Below are positions 13,180-26,249 of a DNA stretch of 64,000 nt, piece by piece. The DNA comes from Glaucostegus cemiculus (taxonomy: Eukaryota). Position 1 is the stretch's first letter; every line of letters starts with the position of its first letter. The stretch covers positions 13,640,001 through 13,704,000 of the forward strand of contig CDPCPM010000281.1 of assembly GCA_976551045.1 (NCBI GenBank), in the 5' to 3' direction. The position numbers were made by a program, and so were the translations under genes. Under the pieces are notes generated by a model. It saw only the letters and a list, made by a program, of their open reading frames with translations, did not search any database and was not told the origin of the DNA.

Positions 13180-13930
13180 CAACATTCAGGTATTGGCTGA
13201 GGAGTGGCAAGTAATTTTTCCATCACAAAAGTAACAGGCAACGACTTTCATCAGTAAGACACTTGTCCTTGATCATCAGCGGTATTACCATCACTAATTC
13301 CCTCTCCACCAATGCTCTGGAGGTCATCATTATACAGGAACTCCTGGACCATCCACACAAATTCCATGGCTACAAGAGCAGGGGAGAGACTGACCATCCT
13401 GCCGTGAGTGACTAACCCCAAAACCTTTCTGTCATCTGCAGGGCACAGGTCAGGAGGGTGATGGGGAACTCACTGCTTGTCTGGACGGGTGCAGCTCCAA
13501 CAGCACACAAGGAGTTTGACACCGTCCAGGACAAAGCAGCCCATTTAACGGGCATCCCATCAGCTACCCCAAACTTCCACACCCTCCACCACCAGTACAT
13601 CATGTCTGCAATGTATACCATCTACAAAATGTGATGAAGGTACTCATTTAGACAAAGGCAGCACATACCAAATATACAACCATACTCTGTAGGGCAAGTG
13701 CAGCAGCTTATGGGAACACCACCACATGCAGCTTCCCCTCCAAGTCACACACCATCTTGACCTGAAAATATATCACCTATCTTGGGTCCAAATCCTGGAA
13801 CATGCGCACTGATAGCAGTTTGAAGCATCTTCACTGGAAGAGCAGCAGTGGTTCAAGTGACCACTTTAAGCATAATTAGAGATGGCCAATAAATGCTGTA
13901 ATTTCTTGCCAGCAATTCCCACATCCCTAA
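13180..13930 (+). mobile_element. Old CR1/L2-group LINE 3' portion
   Basis: acattcagg..ggctga..agtggcaagtaa start and caataaatgct...gccagc...cccacatccc tail; same family recurs at 18.9, 30.3, 37.6-41.9 and 60.9 kb. Confidence 0.7.
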
Positions 13931-14109
13931 AAATTGTTAAAAAGGCCTCCATTTCCTCCTGATGGCTGCTTCTAACTTTCTTATTGTTTACTACATTTCT
14001 GAGTTTCACATCATCAGAATTTTTTTTAAAATTACACTCGGTATACATAAGCCAGAGAAACTAACATCTACCCCAATGATCTGTGGTCCTAAAAACCTTA
14101 TGCTCCATG

Positions 14110-14600
14110 GAACACCACAACTCCTCACCGCTGCTCCCCACTTTAGGTGTCTTGGCCAATTTTGTACCCATCTTGTCGTTGTCCCTTTAATCCCATAGGT
14201 TTAATTATATACAACAGGTCTATTATACAGAACTTTGCTGGACCTCTTTTCTAAAGTCCATACACACAGCATCAACCACACTACCTTCATCAATTCTCCA
14301 TTACTTCTTCAAGGAATTCAACCAACTTATTCAAATAATTTGTCTTTACAAACCCATGTTGGCTTTCCTTTATTAACCTGCAATTTTCCAAATCCAAGCT
14401 AACTTTCTCCAGGGTTACCATGTACGTTTCCTCAGCTGGATTTACCTTCTTAAACAGGGGAGTTACATTTGTGATTCTGCACCTCCATATTGTTGGAGGA
14501 TTGCAGATTCTGGTTGGAGCCATGGCATTTTCCATCCGTATTTCTTTTGTAACCTTGGTTACATTCCAACTCCATCAGCTGATTTTTCTACTTTCAGGAT
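14110..14600 (-). mobile_element. Degenerate CR1 RT fragment
   Basis: NVTPLFKK and LIKESQHGFVK..LVEFLEEV motifs. Confidence 0.75.
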
Positions 14601-14653
14601 TGTTGGCCATTTAAACACATTGATTTTTAAAAATCAAAAAGCAAAAAAAACCT

Positions 14654-14878
14654 TGCAGATGCTGGAAATGAGAAACTAAAAGAGACAATGCTGGTGATAC
14701 TCCACAGGTCAGGCAGCATTTGAGAAGAGAGAAACAGAATCGACAACCCAGGCCAATGACTGTCCATCAGAGCAGCCTGTTATGACTCAAGGACTGCTGT
14801 TCTGATGATAGGTCAGCTACTTGGGGCACTGACTCAGTTTCTATCTCCGCGGATGCTGCCTGACAAATATCTCCAGCT
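14654..14878. mobile_element. Penelope-end-derived fold-back element
   Basis: Inverted arms gtcaggcagcat / atgctgcctgac and catcagagcagc / gctgttctgatg. Confidence 0.65.
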
Positions 14879-15214
14879 GTGGAGACTATATGGAGCGATA
14901 CTTAATTTAAGAAAGGGTTAATAATATTTCTGTGACTCAACTGTTAACCTGAGTTGGAGGCTGATCCCAAGTTTAGCAGCAGGAGCCAACGCAGCAGAAT
15001 CCTTGAATCCAGTGGGTGTGGAACAGGTTTATTGCAAGGTTTCTGCTTAAAAACACCTTGCTGTCCAGAGGGAATGGTTCTGAGTCTCTGTCAAGGTGGG
15101 GGAGACCCGGTCAATAAAGGGAGATTGTGAAGGGCTTTAATCCTCCCCAATTAACTCCTCCACATCTCACAGACCCACTGACCTTGTGATATCTCCCTCA
15201 GTCCATCACTCCAA

Positions 15215-15362
15215 CTGGTACATGGATAGGAGAGGTTTAGAGGGATATGGGCTAAAAGTAGGGAAATGGGACTAGCTCAGGTAGACAACTTGGTCAGCAT
15301 GGATGAGTTGGGCTGAAGGGCCTGTTTCCATGCTGTATAACTCCATGACTCTATGACTCTGA
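15215..15362 (+). mobile_element. CR1 3' tail
   Basis: gtacatggataggagaggtttagaggga...(atgactct)n. Confidence 0.88.
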
Positions 15363-15523
15363 CTAACCCCATTCATCTGCTAAAGTCTGGTCAGCTGCCC
15401 AGGCCCAACAAGACCTGACTAGATGTGTTGGCTTTGGATTGGGTAGATGTATAGGATTTGTGTTCAGGTTGCTCCAGACTGTCTGCAGTCTGTTCACGTT
15501 CAGGTCAGGTCTTCATTGTTTAC

Positions 15524-15652
15524 TTGAGCAGACCTCTGAAGAGTTCTGCAAAAGCGGTTGGCCAATCTATAGTTAGTCTTCCCAGTGCAGAGAAGACCCC
15601 ATTTCGAGCATCTAATACAGTCTGATGAACTTCACAAAGTGCAAGTAAATCA
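15524..15652 (-). pseudogene. Open exon-like segment DLLALCEVHQTVLDARNGVFSALGRLTIDWPTAFAELFRGLL
   Basis: ctttctttccctgttaagcag acceptor and gtaaac donor (alternative gtctgc donor a few bases earlier); protein-like composition. Confidence 0.5.
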
Positions 15653-15669
15653 CTGCTTAACAGGGAAAG

Positions 15670-15880
15670 AAAGGTCATGGGGGAAGGGGAGGTAAAAGGA
15701 CCGGTGTGGCATCTCTTGTAGCTGCACAAGGTGGTGCTGTGGAAGGGAAGTAGGTACTGGTAGAGATGGAAGAGTGAACCAGATTATCCCAGAAAGAACA
15801 ATCCATTTGGAATGCAAAGGCAGGAGATGAGATGTGTCTGTTGCTGGCATCATGTGGGAGAAACGATGGAGGATGGTCCA
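15670..15880 (-). mobile_element. Penelope-like element internal fragment (RT to GIY-YIG linker)
   Basis: RHISSPAFAFQMDCSFWDNLVHSS...PPCAATR resembles the HIFPSPPLSAFRRDxSLRDxLV...PCNRxRC linker. Confidence 0.6.
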
Positions 15881-16539
15881 TTGATGGAATGCTACCCCAT
15901 CCCTCCCTCTGCATTAATCAGTCACATCTTCCTCCAACAACTCACACGCTAATAAAGTATCTTTGTGTTCTTTTAAGTTAAGCCCTAACTCTCTTTGCAC
16001 ACTCTTTATATGAACATCTTATTCCATTTACAGATCTCCTTTGTCCTTACTACTCAGCTCAGTTCTCTTTTGTGTTATGAACCCTCCAAATGCCATAAGT
16101 CACCTTTTTCTTTCTCATTTTATCTCTCATATTTTTAGAGGACTTCTATATTTGGCTGGTCCCCACTTCCCAATGCTGTGTCAGCTCTGTTATTGAAGTC
16201 TCACTCAGTTCAATGGCAATTTTGACCCCTTATTCTTAGTTACACCTGAGGCTGATCCACTTGCAACTTATTGAGCCCTCCCATTGTGCACACCTTGTCC
16301 TTTTCCATAACTATCTAAAACCTGGTTAAGGTTACTGCCCCCAGTTCTCCACCATCCAGTGTTATCTGATTAAAAAGTTCCACTAACCCTATTGATTTGC
16401 TGGAACTTGATCTAATATGGTTTCCTTCATCATTGGGCTGGAAACCAATCAAGGAAGCTCTCTTAGAACATGTCCTTGCCATCTTTGCCTTTTACATTGT
16501 CGTCATTTTTGAGTACTTGTGAATTTCTTCCTGACCTCA

Positions 16540-16770
16540 AGCAACACACAAAGGAGCTGGAGGAAATCAACGGCTCAAGCAGCATCAATAGAGGGAAACG
16601 GATAGTCGATGCTTTGGGTCGGGATCCTTCATCATCAGTCCTGATGCAGGGTCTTGACCCGAAGTATTGACTGTTCATTTCCCTCCATTGATGCTGCCTG
16701 ATCCACTGAGTTCCTCCAACTCTGTTGTGTGTTGCTCCTTATTTCCAGCATCTGTAGTCTCTTGTGTCTC
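16540..16770. mobile_element. Penelope-end-derived palindrome (~200 bp)
   Basis: agcaacacaca (16540) / tgtgtgttgct (16736) ends, gcagcatcaat / attgatgctgc inner arms, centre catcagtcctgatg. Confidence 0.75.
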
Positions 16771-16782
16771 CTCCTTCCTGAC

Positions 16783-17010
16783 CTCTGTTCTGTAGCTCTC
16801 ACAGAAGTTTGCCTGCAGCTTTGCACCTCTTTCCCCTTTCCTCTTTGCGGTTGCTTGTCTGCCCAAGAGTGTAATAACTCCAATCTTTTCTCTTGATTCG
16901 GAACAAGTATCTCTCTTTGCCCCAATTGTATCCTTCTTCTGTGCAATAATCATTTCTTCCTTCAGTTTGCTATCTCCGTCCTTTCCCATATCCCTTTCTT
17001 TCCTAAATAT
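16783..17010 (-). pseudogene. Open 228-nt exon-like segment IFRKERDMGK...ESYRTE (charged, coiled-coil-like)
   Basis: cctcctgctgcaag acceptor and gtcagg donor, phase 0-0, no stop. Confidence 0.45.
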
Positions 17011-17704
17011 CTTGCAGCAGGAGGAGCAAGTTCCTGATAAACCTCTTCATCTAGTGACAATCAACATCTCATTGCTTGTGCCTTCAGCACACCTGCCTTG
17101 CTTGCCACATACACTCCGTGCACTTTACATATGTCCATCCCCATTGAAGACTGATTTGTATTTCTAAATTATTTGGCTTAACTCTTAGAGATTTAACTGT
17201 TGTGGAGGAAATACAGCCGGAGTTATTTTTTTCCTGTATTTTTCGGAAAAAAAAAGGGAAACAAGAAAGGCGCTTTAGGAATTGGCTGAGAGGTAAATAT
17301 TAGCTGGGAAGCTCGGGAGAAAGCCCCTGCCTTCTACTGAAGCAATGCCATGAAATCTTCAGTGACCACCTGGGAATGCAGCCACCAACAAAGCCTGTCT
17401 GGATTTTGTGCTCATCTCCAGGACTTTAACCCACAACTGTCTGCTTCAGAAGTCAGAGTGTTGTCCGGCCCACAGGCATCTAAAAGCCGTACATCAACTT
17501 CAGCTGCAGTGCTCATCAGGCACAAGTGTCAACATGAAATGACTTCCCGTTAACCCAGTGCAAGGCTTTCCAGCTTTTGAGTGCTAAACCTCAGGAACAT
17601 TTCCAACTGGATTCCTTCTCCTGCTTTCTGTTCTGTTCCTTGTCAGGTGAAAGCTTTGCAGCCTCTCTCAGATCTATAAGCTTGCCCTTGGCACTTTGTT
17701 GTTT

Positions 17705-18056
17705 AGTCATAGAGTCACATGGCACAGAAACAGGCCCTTCAGCCCATGAGTGAACCAACCATCTAACACCCATTTACACCAATCCTACACCAATCCCTTT
17801 TTATTCTCCTCATATCCCCATCAATTCCTTCTATCTTCTGTCACTCACCCATAGACTGAAGGCAATGTACAGAGGCCAATTCATCTACTGACTCACCCGT
17901 CTATGTCATGTGGGAGGAAACTGGAGAACCAAAGGAAACCCACACAGTCACTGGGACAACATGCAAACTCCACACAGACAACACCAGAGGTCAGTATTGA
18001 ACCTGAGTCGCTAGAGGTGTGAGACAGCGGCCCTGCTCGCTGCGTCACTGCACCTC
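17705..18056 (-). mobile_element. V-SINE (HE1-like) with CR1 tail
   Basis: gggaggaaactggag...ggaaacccacacagtcac...caaactccacacagaca V-domain reverse complement. Confidence 0.85.
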
Positions 18057-18479
18057 TCTCCGCACTCCCCTCCCTATCACACTGCCCTTTCCCCACCCGA
18101 CGACTTCAGAGACGCTCTGAAGCCTGTCCTGATGAGGAAGCACGCACAGTTGCAATCATTCAAAGTCATGGGTCATGCTATCAGCACAGTGCATCTACCC
18201 AGTCTACAACACTGGTGCTCACAGGTACACAAACCTGTTCCACTGCATAAAAGAGCAGAACCATTGCTGTCCTTTGTGTAAGGCCAATAAAGAGAGGCAG
18301 ACTTACGCAGAAAGCTCCCTATCCCGCATGACTGCTCTTTAGAGACTGAGATCCAAATCAATTATTCTTCTTAAGTTTTCTTTCAGCCTGCCAGTGAGAA
18401 GTTTAGACTCTGAATCTAATGAACCGACACATCTGTGTGCTTGGAATGTGTGCAGAAGGAAGATAAGGGTGGCGCCTGC

Positions 18480-19570
18480 CAAGTGGGCATAGTACCAGCA
18501 CTGGATGCGTGGAGACGGCTGCTCACTGAAGTTGTTTTCAGAGGTGCTTATCTGTCGACAGCAGAGCTCTGAGGGCTGTCACTTGATCCTGACGGTTGAA
18601 AATCTCAGTTGGCGAAAAGAGTCTCGCTTTTAAACCAAAGCACCGTCTGAACTGAGGATCCTGTTCACCCAATCACAGCCCTGCAGAGGCACTCTGTGAA
18701 TGCCATGGGGAAGGGGATGGAGGAGGGTGGGGATTTGAGGGTGAGGGGAAATTGGTTTCCATCAGAAACGTGAGATGGGCGTAAATGGGCATTCTGCTTA
18801 GCAGGGAAGGCAATTTGGGTCCAAGTGAGTGGCGAACCCATTTCATCAGGTGGCTGGGACTAGTCTGACATCCAGCAAACACCTGGTCTAACCCGTTGGC
18901 ATCCTGCACTGCGCCATCTACAAAATGCATTGCAATTACCCGTCCAGGTTACTCCCAAAGCAGCTCCCAAAGCCCCCCACTTCCACGACCAAGAAGGGCA
19001 AGGGCAGCATGTGCATTGGTGTGCACCATCCCGATTTTGAAATTTGTCATTGTCACTGGGTCTAAATCCTGGAACTCCCTTCCCTATAGCACCATGGGAG
19101 TACCTTCACCCCAAGGACTGCAGCTCTGCAAGAAGGTGGTTCACCATTGCCCTCTCAAAGGCAATTATGGATGGGCAATAGATACCACCTTGCCAGCAAC
19201 TGCCACATCCCAAAAATGAAGTCAAAGAGATAGTCCCACAGAAAGTTTCTCAGGTCATGCAGTAACTATCTCTACCTGATGATACACTGCTGAAGTCTCC
19301 ACCTTTGATTCCCAGAGTGTTGGATTTAAGGAGGCCTTGGCTTTGCAGCACTTCAATTGGCCTTCGTGAGTTTGATTAGTTAGTTGGTAAGTCTAGGGTT
19401 TCTGGTCAGAATGGAGAGCACAGATATTCATTGATGGCATCTTCAGAGGCAGCTACTGTTCCCTTCATAGTTAAATCACTTGTGGGAACTCTGCCTGATC
19501 TCTCAGGCAAAGGGCTGTCATCTGGGGGCAAGGTATCAGATTCCTGGCTGCAGTCATGGAATCTGAGCAT
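18480..19570 (-). pseudogene. Two exon remnants (~19400-19570 and ~18480-18680) separated by a LINE tail
   Basis: ccttctctgtcccaag acceptor at 19570; second segment reads EQDPQFRRCFGLKARLFSPTEIFNRQDQVTALRALLS then stops. Confidence 0.3.
18900..19217 (+). mobile_element. Old LINE 3' tail
   Basis: aaatcctggaactccct...ctcaaaggcaattatggatgggcaata...ccacatccc. Confidence 0.75.
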
Positions 19571-20789
19571 CTTGGGACAGAGAAGGCAGCCCTTCAGTTC
19601 TCTGTTGACTGTGCTGGCTCGTTGCAAGATCTGTGGTGACTTGTCCCAAACTGGGCATTTACTCTCTGATCCGCTATGTTCTTCATCTTTGCATACACAT
19701 CCGAATGCCTTCTAGAATTATTTATGGAATCAGTGTCCAGAGGTTTGTGGTGTGGTACTGATTGTATGTTTGCTTTTTTGAGACATTGAATATGCTGTTG
19801 GTAATATTATTGGAGTCACTTTTTCCACCATAAATTAATCCCAGTCATTAAACATTAGCAGCCAAGTAGAAAATTATCAACTAAACCAATAATTAGACCC
19901 AGTAATGATAGCTTTGGACACTGAACATGTCTCCAGTTTAGACAGACTTGCAGTGAGGTTGGATTCTTTCTCTCTCTAATAGAAAACCTTGGTCGTTAAG
20001 GCTGTCAGGTATATTCTGCTGCAGAGGAATTCAAGTTTGGCAGCGCTGTGCAAATATCAGCACATCATTTAGTAGCAAATCATGTGCCTGGGATGTGGCC
20101 TTGCTCCCAAAATATTAACATGTTGGGAAACTGACTCTGGCACATGGTTGCAGGGTGTAGCCACATGGTACTGACTCTTACCACACTCAACCTACTTCCC
20201 CTTTTGCTATATTTGTCCTAACGTTTCAGCTCACTGGTTTGCCTTGAATCACACAACACCTCTAAGATATGAAAGGTGAGAGCAGCTCAGAAAATCCTGC
20301 TGAGGTAGTGCTGGTTGGACAGCTGATTCCAGTCTACATCCTGCCCTGCAGTATGGCTTCTCCAAGCTGTCTGCAGAGACTCTTTTCCCTTTCTTATTAA
20401 TAGCTCAATGACAGGGGTGAAAGTGACAAATTACTTGTGTGGCCATAGAACCAGCATCTCCAGTTTAACCCACCTGAGCTGATTGCATCAGCCACTTCCT
20501 TACTGGTCTACCATGCCATCCCATACTGGCTTTGTTTCACCTCTGCTCAATACAGCAAAGAGATGCAAACTGTTATTGTCCATTTTACCTGGTCTCTGAT
20601 GTGCTCCATGGAGATATTGAAGAGATAATAGTCCTGTGATTGTCACAACTTGGAGAAGGGTGCATATTAAAAGAAGAACAATTAGAAAAAAATAGTTGAA
20701 GAGGTAAACTGGTATCCCACTGGTGCAGACATAGTTTCATTTTGGTCAGCAAATGATACAGGTATATTTTGGGTTCTTTTTCTTGTTCC

Positions 20790-21180
20790 TATGTAAAACT
20801 TGGCTCTCTTGGTAGGTGTCTTTCCTCTGAGCCCTGGTAGGAGCACAAGATCTAGTCAGACACTCCAGTGACATTCTCTTTCAGATGAAACCAGACAACA
20901 CGAGGTTGTTTCTGATCCTTCAAGTGAACATAAAAGGTCCCGTAGCATTATCTTGAAGAATATCAGAGAGTTACCCTTGATTTCCTGGCCAATATTTATC
21001 ACTCAGCAAGCATATAAAAACAGATTTATCTAGTCATTATCACATTGCAAGTTGTGAAATCTTGCCATATTTCCCAACATACAACAGTGACTGCACTTCT
21101 AAAATACTTCATTAGCTGCAACGTACTTCAGCACGTCCTGGTTTTGTGAAAGGCCTCTTGTAAAAGCAAGTCTTTCACTT
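20790..21180 (+). mobile_element. Deu-domain SINE (SacSINE1/AmnSINE1-like), degenerate
   Basis: tcctggccaatatttatc Deu core and tacttcatt.gctg...gtgaaaggc...gcaagtc tail. Related remnants at ~17280-17480(-), ~43490-43820(-), ~54110-54430(-) and ~56200-56390(+). Confidence 0.65.
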
Positions 21181-22019
21181 TGTTCACTGCACATTAGAGG
21201 ACCTTTCCTGAAGGGTCAAAGATTCCCATTCAGTTCTGGACTCAGCCTCAGTTGTCCTGCTGTGTGAAGGCATCGAGTAGAATGAGCAGGAACCAGGGGG
21301 ATGTCAGATGGGAAGTCAACAGTGATCTACCCACAAACTGCTCTGTCTCTCAGACATTGGGGATGTTATTGTGAAGGAGAAACTGGGCAAACCTGGAGCT
21401 AGGATCACTGAAGTCCTTCTATTACCAGTGAGAATAAAATATCAATAAATGAACTGCTACCAAACTGCTGAGTATTTCCAGCAATTTCTGATTTTAGTTC
21501 TTTACCGACCTTCTTGCTCCACTCTACAGTTATTGGGGCAAATCATTATTCTATTATCATTCCCATGCATGCCCCCATAATTGGTTAACAATACTGAGGT
21601 AAGGAAACTGAATTAATTTCAGGAAGAGCTGATGCTGTAATGGAGTGATCTTAGGGTTGGGATTCTGGGTGGTCAAGAGACAAGATCCAATACTATTTAC
21701 ATCAGGTCTATGTTGGCTCCCAATGGAGCAAGCCCACCAATCCCATTACTTCATCTTTTTTTCCCCTACATCTTATAGACTTTATCCCAAACTTTCTCGT
21801 AATTATTTTTGCACAGTACATTAAATACCAGTTAGAACTTTGCTTATTTTACACACTGTTATTTTGGGTAAGAAATACTAAAATGAAAGGTGTGTTTGAT
21901 TTTTGGAAATACCAATGTACCAACTGAGCAGCTTCAACTAGATTTTGACTTCTTGAATTAATTGTCATTACGCACTGCTTGTCACAGCAAGAATCAAAAG
22001 AGAGGCTAGATATTAAATT

Positions 22020-22460
22020 AGAACCATAGAACACTACAGCACAGAAAACAGACCATTAGGTCCTTCTAGTTTGTGCCATTTCGCTAGTCCCATTCACCTG
22101 CATCCAGTCCATAACCCTCCAGACCTCTCCCGTCTATGTATCTATCCAATTTATTCCTAAAACTTAAGAGTGAGCGCACATTTACTCCATCAGATGGCAG
22201 CTCATTCCACACTCCCACTACTCTGAGTGAAGAAGTTCCCCCTAATGTTCCCTCCAAATCTTTTCTTTTTCACCTTAAAGCCATGTCCTCTCGTACTTAT
22301 CTCTCCTAATCTAGTTGGAAGGAGCCTACTCGCATTTACTCTGTCTATACCCCTCATAATTTTGTAAACGTCTAGAAAATCTCCCCTCATTCTTCTGCGC
22401 TCCAAGGAAGACCTGTTCAGTCTTTCCCTGTAACTCGACTCCTGAAGACCCGGCCTCTCC
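22020..22460 (-). mobile_element. CR1 3' fragment
   Basis: SLERRRMRGD..VYKIMRGIDRV...RGNFFTQ motif. Confidence 0.9.
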
Positions 22461-23329
22461 TGGCTGGTTGGGAGTCCTCTGGTTTTCTGCCAGTTGACCC
22501 TCATTGTCTGAGTTGAGTGAGGTTCATAGTTTCTCCTTGGTGTACCCACAGAGCAGCACAGTGAGGATTTAATGAGATGCTGTTGTCCATGCACAAGCTG
22601 ATCTCCATCTTCCTATGCAATGCTCTCACAAAACTTGCAAAAGATCTACATATTAAACAAAGCCATTATAGGGAAAGAACAAAAATGTTTGTAAACAAAT
22701 AAAACCAATAAAAGTTCAGAGCTAGTTTTCACTGCCCATGGCACACAAAGTGGTTGCCTTCACAGTTGTTTCTGTTAAACTGAACCAAAACTGTTTTGGA
22801 CAAACCTGAGATTATTTGGCATGAAACTGAAGCCTCAACTGAATGATTAAACCCTCTGGAGATTATCAGTTGGCTTCATTCTCTTTTCTTGTAGATTTGC
22901 AGTTGGCACACAGGAAGTTGTGTGGTGGGTCCTTGAGACTCATTCCACATGTTCTCTCTGCAGTAATAGTGCTGAGATCTGTGGTTTGGGATTCGTTAAC
23001 TCCCTTCAGTGAATAAAATCATATTTTTACAGTTCCTTGGCTGAGACAGTGGCTGGGTACTATTTTGGCAGCTTTACCAAACAGTGGCCGTGTGATGAAA
23101 GAGTCATACTGAGGATTCTGCAGGGAGATGTTGAGTACTTGCATTGTTACATTACTGTAATGGTTGTGCTGCAAACGTGCTTCACTGAATGATATCATTG
23201 GGAAATTGCTGAAACGAATGTAAAGTGCTGGAGGCTGCCTCTGAAGCCTTTCCATTCCAATGGATGGCATGCCTGCTTGTTCACTTCATAAGGATTAACA
23301 GGAGGATTTTAAGCTTAAAATTCCTTAAA

Positions 23330-23727
23330 AGACCACAAGATCATAAGATATAGGAACAGAATTAGGCCATTCAGCCCATCGAGTCTGCTCCACCATTCAA
23401 TCAGGGCCTTTTTTTTCAACCCCATTCTCCTGCCTTCTCCCCGTAACCCTTAATGTCCTTACCAATCAAGAACCTATCAATTTCTGCCTTAAATACACTC
23501 AATGACTTGGCCTCCACAGCCCTCTGTGCCAATGAATTCCGAAAACTGTTCACCCTCTGGCTTAAGAAATTCAACTGCGTCTGTTTTAAAGGGATGTTCC
23601 TTTGTTCTGAGGCTGCGCCCTCAGATTCTAGGTTCTCCTACTAATGGGAATATCCTCTCCACGTTCACTCTATCCAGGCCTTTCAGTATTCAATAGGTTT
23701 CAATGAGATCCCCCGTCATCCTTCTGA
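23330..23727 (-). mobile_element. CR1 3' fragment
   Basis: cataagatataggaacagaattaggccattcagccc tail plus ORF2 C-terminus. Confidence 0.9.
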
Positions 23728-24059
23728 AGGATTTTGTTGTTTCTTTAGTATAGTGCAAAACAGGTGGTGATGCAAATCAAATTACAAAAGGTAGTGCATA
23801 GAATAAGGGGTAGTGCACTTGCTGTGGCCTTCTTCCAGACAGACAAGTTAGTTCTATACTGAAATATTTGTATCTTTAGCATAGAGCAATTGATCACTTT
23901 CTACAATTTTTAAATAATCTACACATTGTGCCTTTTCTTTAATGGTGAAAAAAATGGAAAAAAGCAAACCCGATCAATCCACGCTTGATGTGCTTTACTG
24001 TGATACTTCAGCCAAACATCTGTATGTTCCTAAGTGATATGGTCCTAACTGACAGCAGT

Positions 24060-25260
24060 TCTCCCAGGGTTTGTTGTTGAGCTGTGGTGTTCTCACTCCG
24101 CAGGGGTATGTGTCCAAACTCTGGTACCTTCACATCAACTTCTGTCAATCAGCCTTTTCCATGGTCTGCCTGAGGTGGCACCTGTTCCCCTGATCTGGAA
24201 TGTCATTCTCCATCATGACATCTTTTGCTCTGGGATGTGGATGTGTCTAGTCAGCAGTGGTGGGGGCTTCACCCTCACTGTAACTCTTGTTCTTAGTGGG
24301 GGCCAATCCCTGGACCTTCTGCTGCAGTGATCTGCCTGCCTTCTGTTGGGCACCTTCAGTTGTCTTCCTACTTTTTTGGACTTCTGTTTTGAGCAGCCTT
24401 TCTGTTGTTGTGAGTAGAGCTTTGGTTTATCCACTTTTGTCTCTGCACAGGGCTGTTCATCATCCCATGGGCTGGGGGATTGTCAAAGGCCAGGATGTTC
24501 AGACAGGCATCTCTCTGATGACTGAGCCTTCTTCAGTGGTTCATTGTCCAGCTTCCCTTCCAGTTCACTGTGGAAAGTGAGGAGAAGCTGTCCGATAATC
24601 AAAATGTCAGCCCTTACAGAACCTCACAAGGTTGTCAGCTGGGGACTGTGGCCCACTATCTGTGATCAGCACCCCTGGGGCTCTGATCTGGCAAACTGTC
24701 CTCTGTTTTCAAATGACTATTGATTAAAGGGTATTTCAAAGCCCATATCTCAAGAATGAATAGTTCAAAAAATTCTCTGCCTTCCAGGAATTTGGAAAAT
24801 AATCTACTGTCACCAGGTATTTTAGCATCAGGTTGAAACAGCTCTGAGCTGACCTTTGACTCATGGTCTATGTAGGACTGATAAGGATGAAGTGTTTCCT
24901 TTGGTTCCTTTCTAGATGTCTGCACATGGTCCCTGATCTGCTTGTTTATCCCTGGCCTCTCTGGGATGTGAGTAGTGATCCCATTTCATCACGTTGTACC
25001 TGAGGAACATTTGAACCATTACCCTTTTGCCTCTAAACATCCGATCACCTTGAGTGCCCAGTTCATCTCTCAAGTGGGCAGAAAACAGGTTTAACTGCCA
25101 GATCTCTCTTTCCTTCCTGACTGAATGCCAGTTTTAGGCTCTGCATTGTCTCATCTTGTCCAACAGCCTCCCCACCAGCAGTGGCAGAAGGCTCAGAATT
25201 TTTTTTTCCATGTTGATCGTCTCAATATCCTCATCATCTCTTGCGTTCATGGGTTAGGAT
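24060..25260 (-). pseudogene. Possible large low-complexity cytoplasmic exon remnant
   Basis: About 1.2 kb of non-repeat DNA, purine-rich on the minus strand, with successive broken hydrophilic frames (ORFs 24656-24925 and 24213-24434). Confidence 0.3.
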
Positions 25261-26249
25261 CAGCTGAGCACACTGGTTACTTACATGTCTTTTCCTGAAC
25301 GGGAACAGATCTCTCTGCTGTTTGCCCTCAAAATTGTTGTCTGGAACCTTCTGGGCAAGGCATAACAACAATGATCTCCAGTGGCTTGTGAGCATTCTGC
25401 ATTTATGGAATTCTTCTGTAAGTGTATTAAAGAAACTTAATTAGTCCAAGTAACTCAATGAGTAGTTCCTTCTCTATTGGTGCATAACACATCTCTGAAT
25501 CTGCCAGTGGTCTGTATGTGTATGCTATTGTTTAACCCTCCTGCAAGATAAGAGCAGGAAAGACTCAATAGGTCAGGCAGCATCTGTGGAGAGAGAAAGA
25601 ATTAACATTTCTGGTTAATAACCCTTTGTTTGCTTAATGAAACTATACAATTAATTCAGAGTTCCACTGTCTGACATTTTTTTTGTTTTCCTCATGTAAG
25701 ACTGTTGCTCCAAAAACCTTATCTGAGTTGAGTCTGTGATGTCAGTGTTAAAAAAATATTGAAGGATTCCTCCTGTTCCTGGTTGTGAGTAAAATACTCA
25801 CATGAGGCACCAGGCTGGTTGCAATTTGCTTGTAGCTCATCTCAAGCATTCTCCAAGGTCTCATTTGAGTGCTTTATTTATGGTACAGTACAATTCTTTC
25901 CTTTTGTGCCAATGCGATACAATAACATCTTAACTTTCATCTGTTCTTGTTTATTTGCCTTTGTGAATCAAAATATAGAATAAAATTATTTATCCATTCC
26001 TTAGAAATTCAGAAACTCAGGCATTTTTATTTGCTCCATCAAGCACTGTCTCAGTTGAATTACAGAGCTCTCTGTCTCCCTGTGCCTGTTCATGTGTTGT
26101 CTCACTCCTGGTCTTCAGTTTCCACATTCAGGCACAGTCTAAATTGCATGGTTTCACTAACCAGCACTTCCGATACCATATCTCTGTATCATCCCTAAGA
26201 TACTGTAAAATAGACAGTCAGTCAAATTAGCAACAGGTGTTATCACAAA

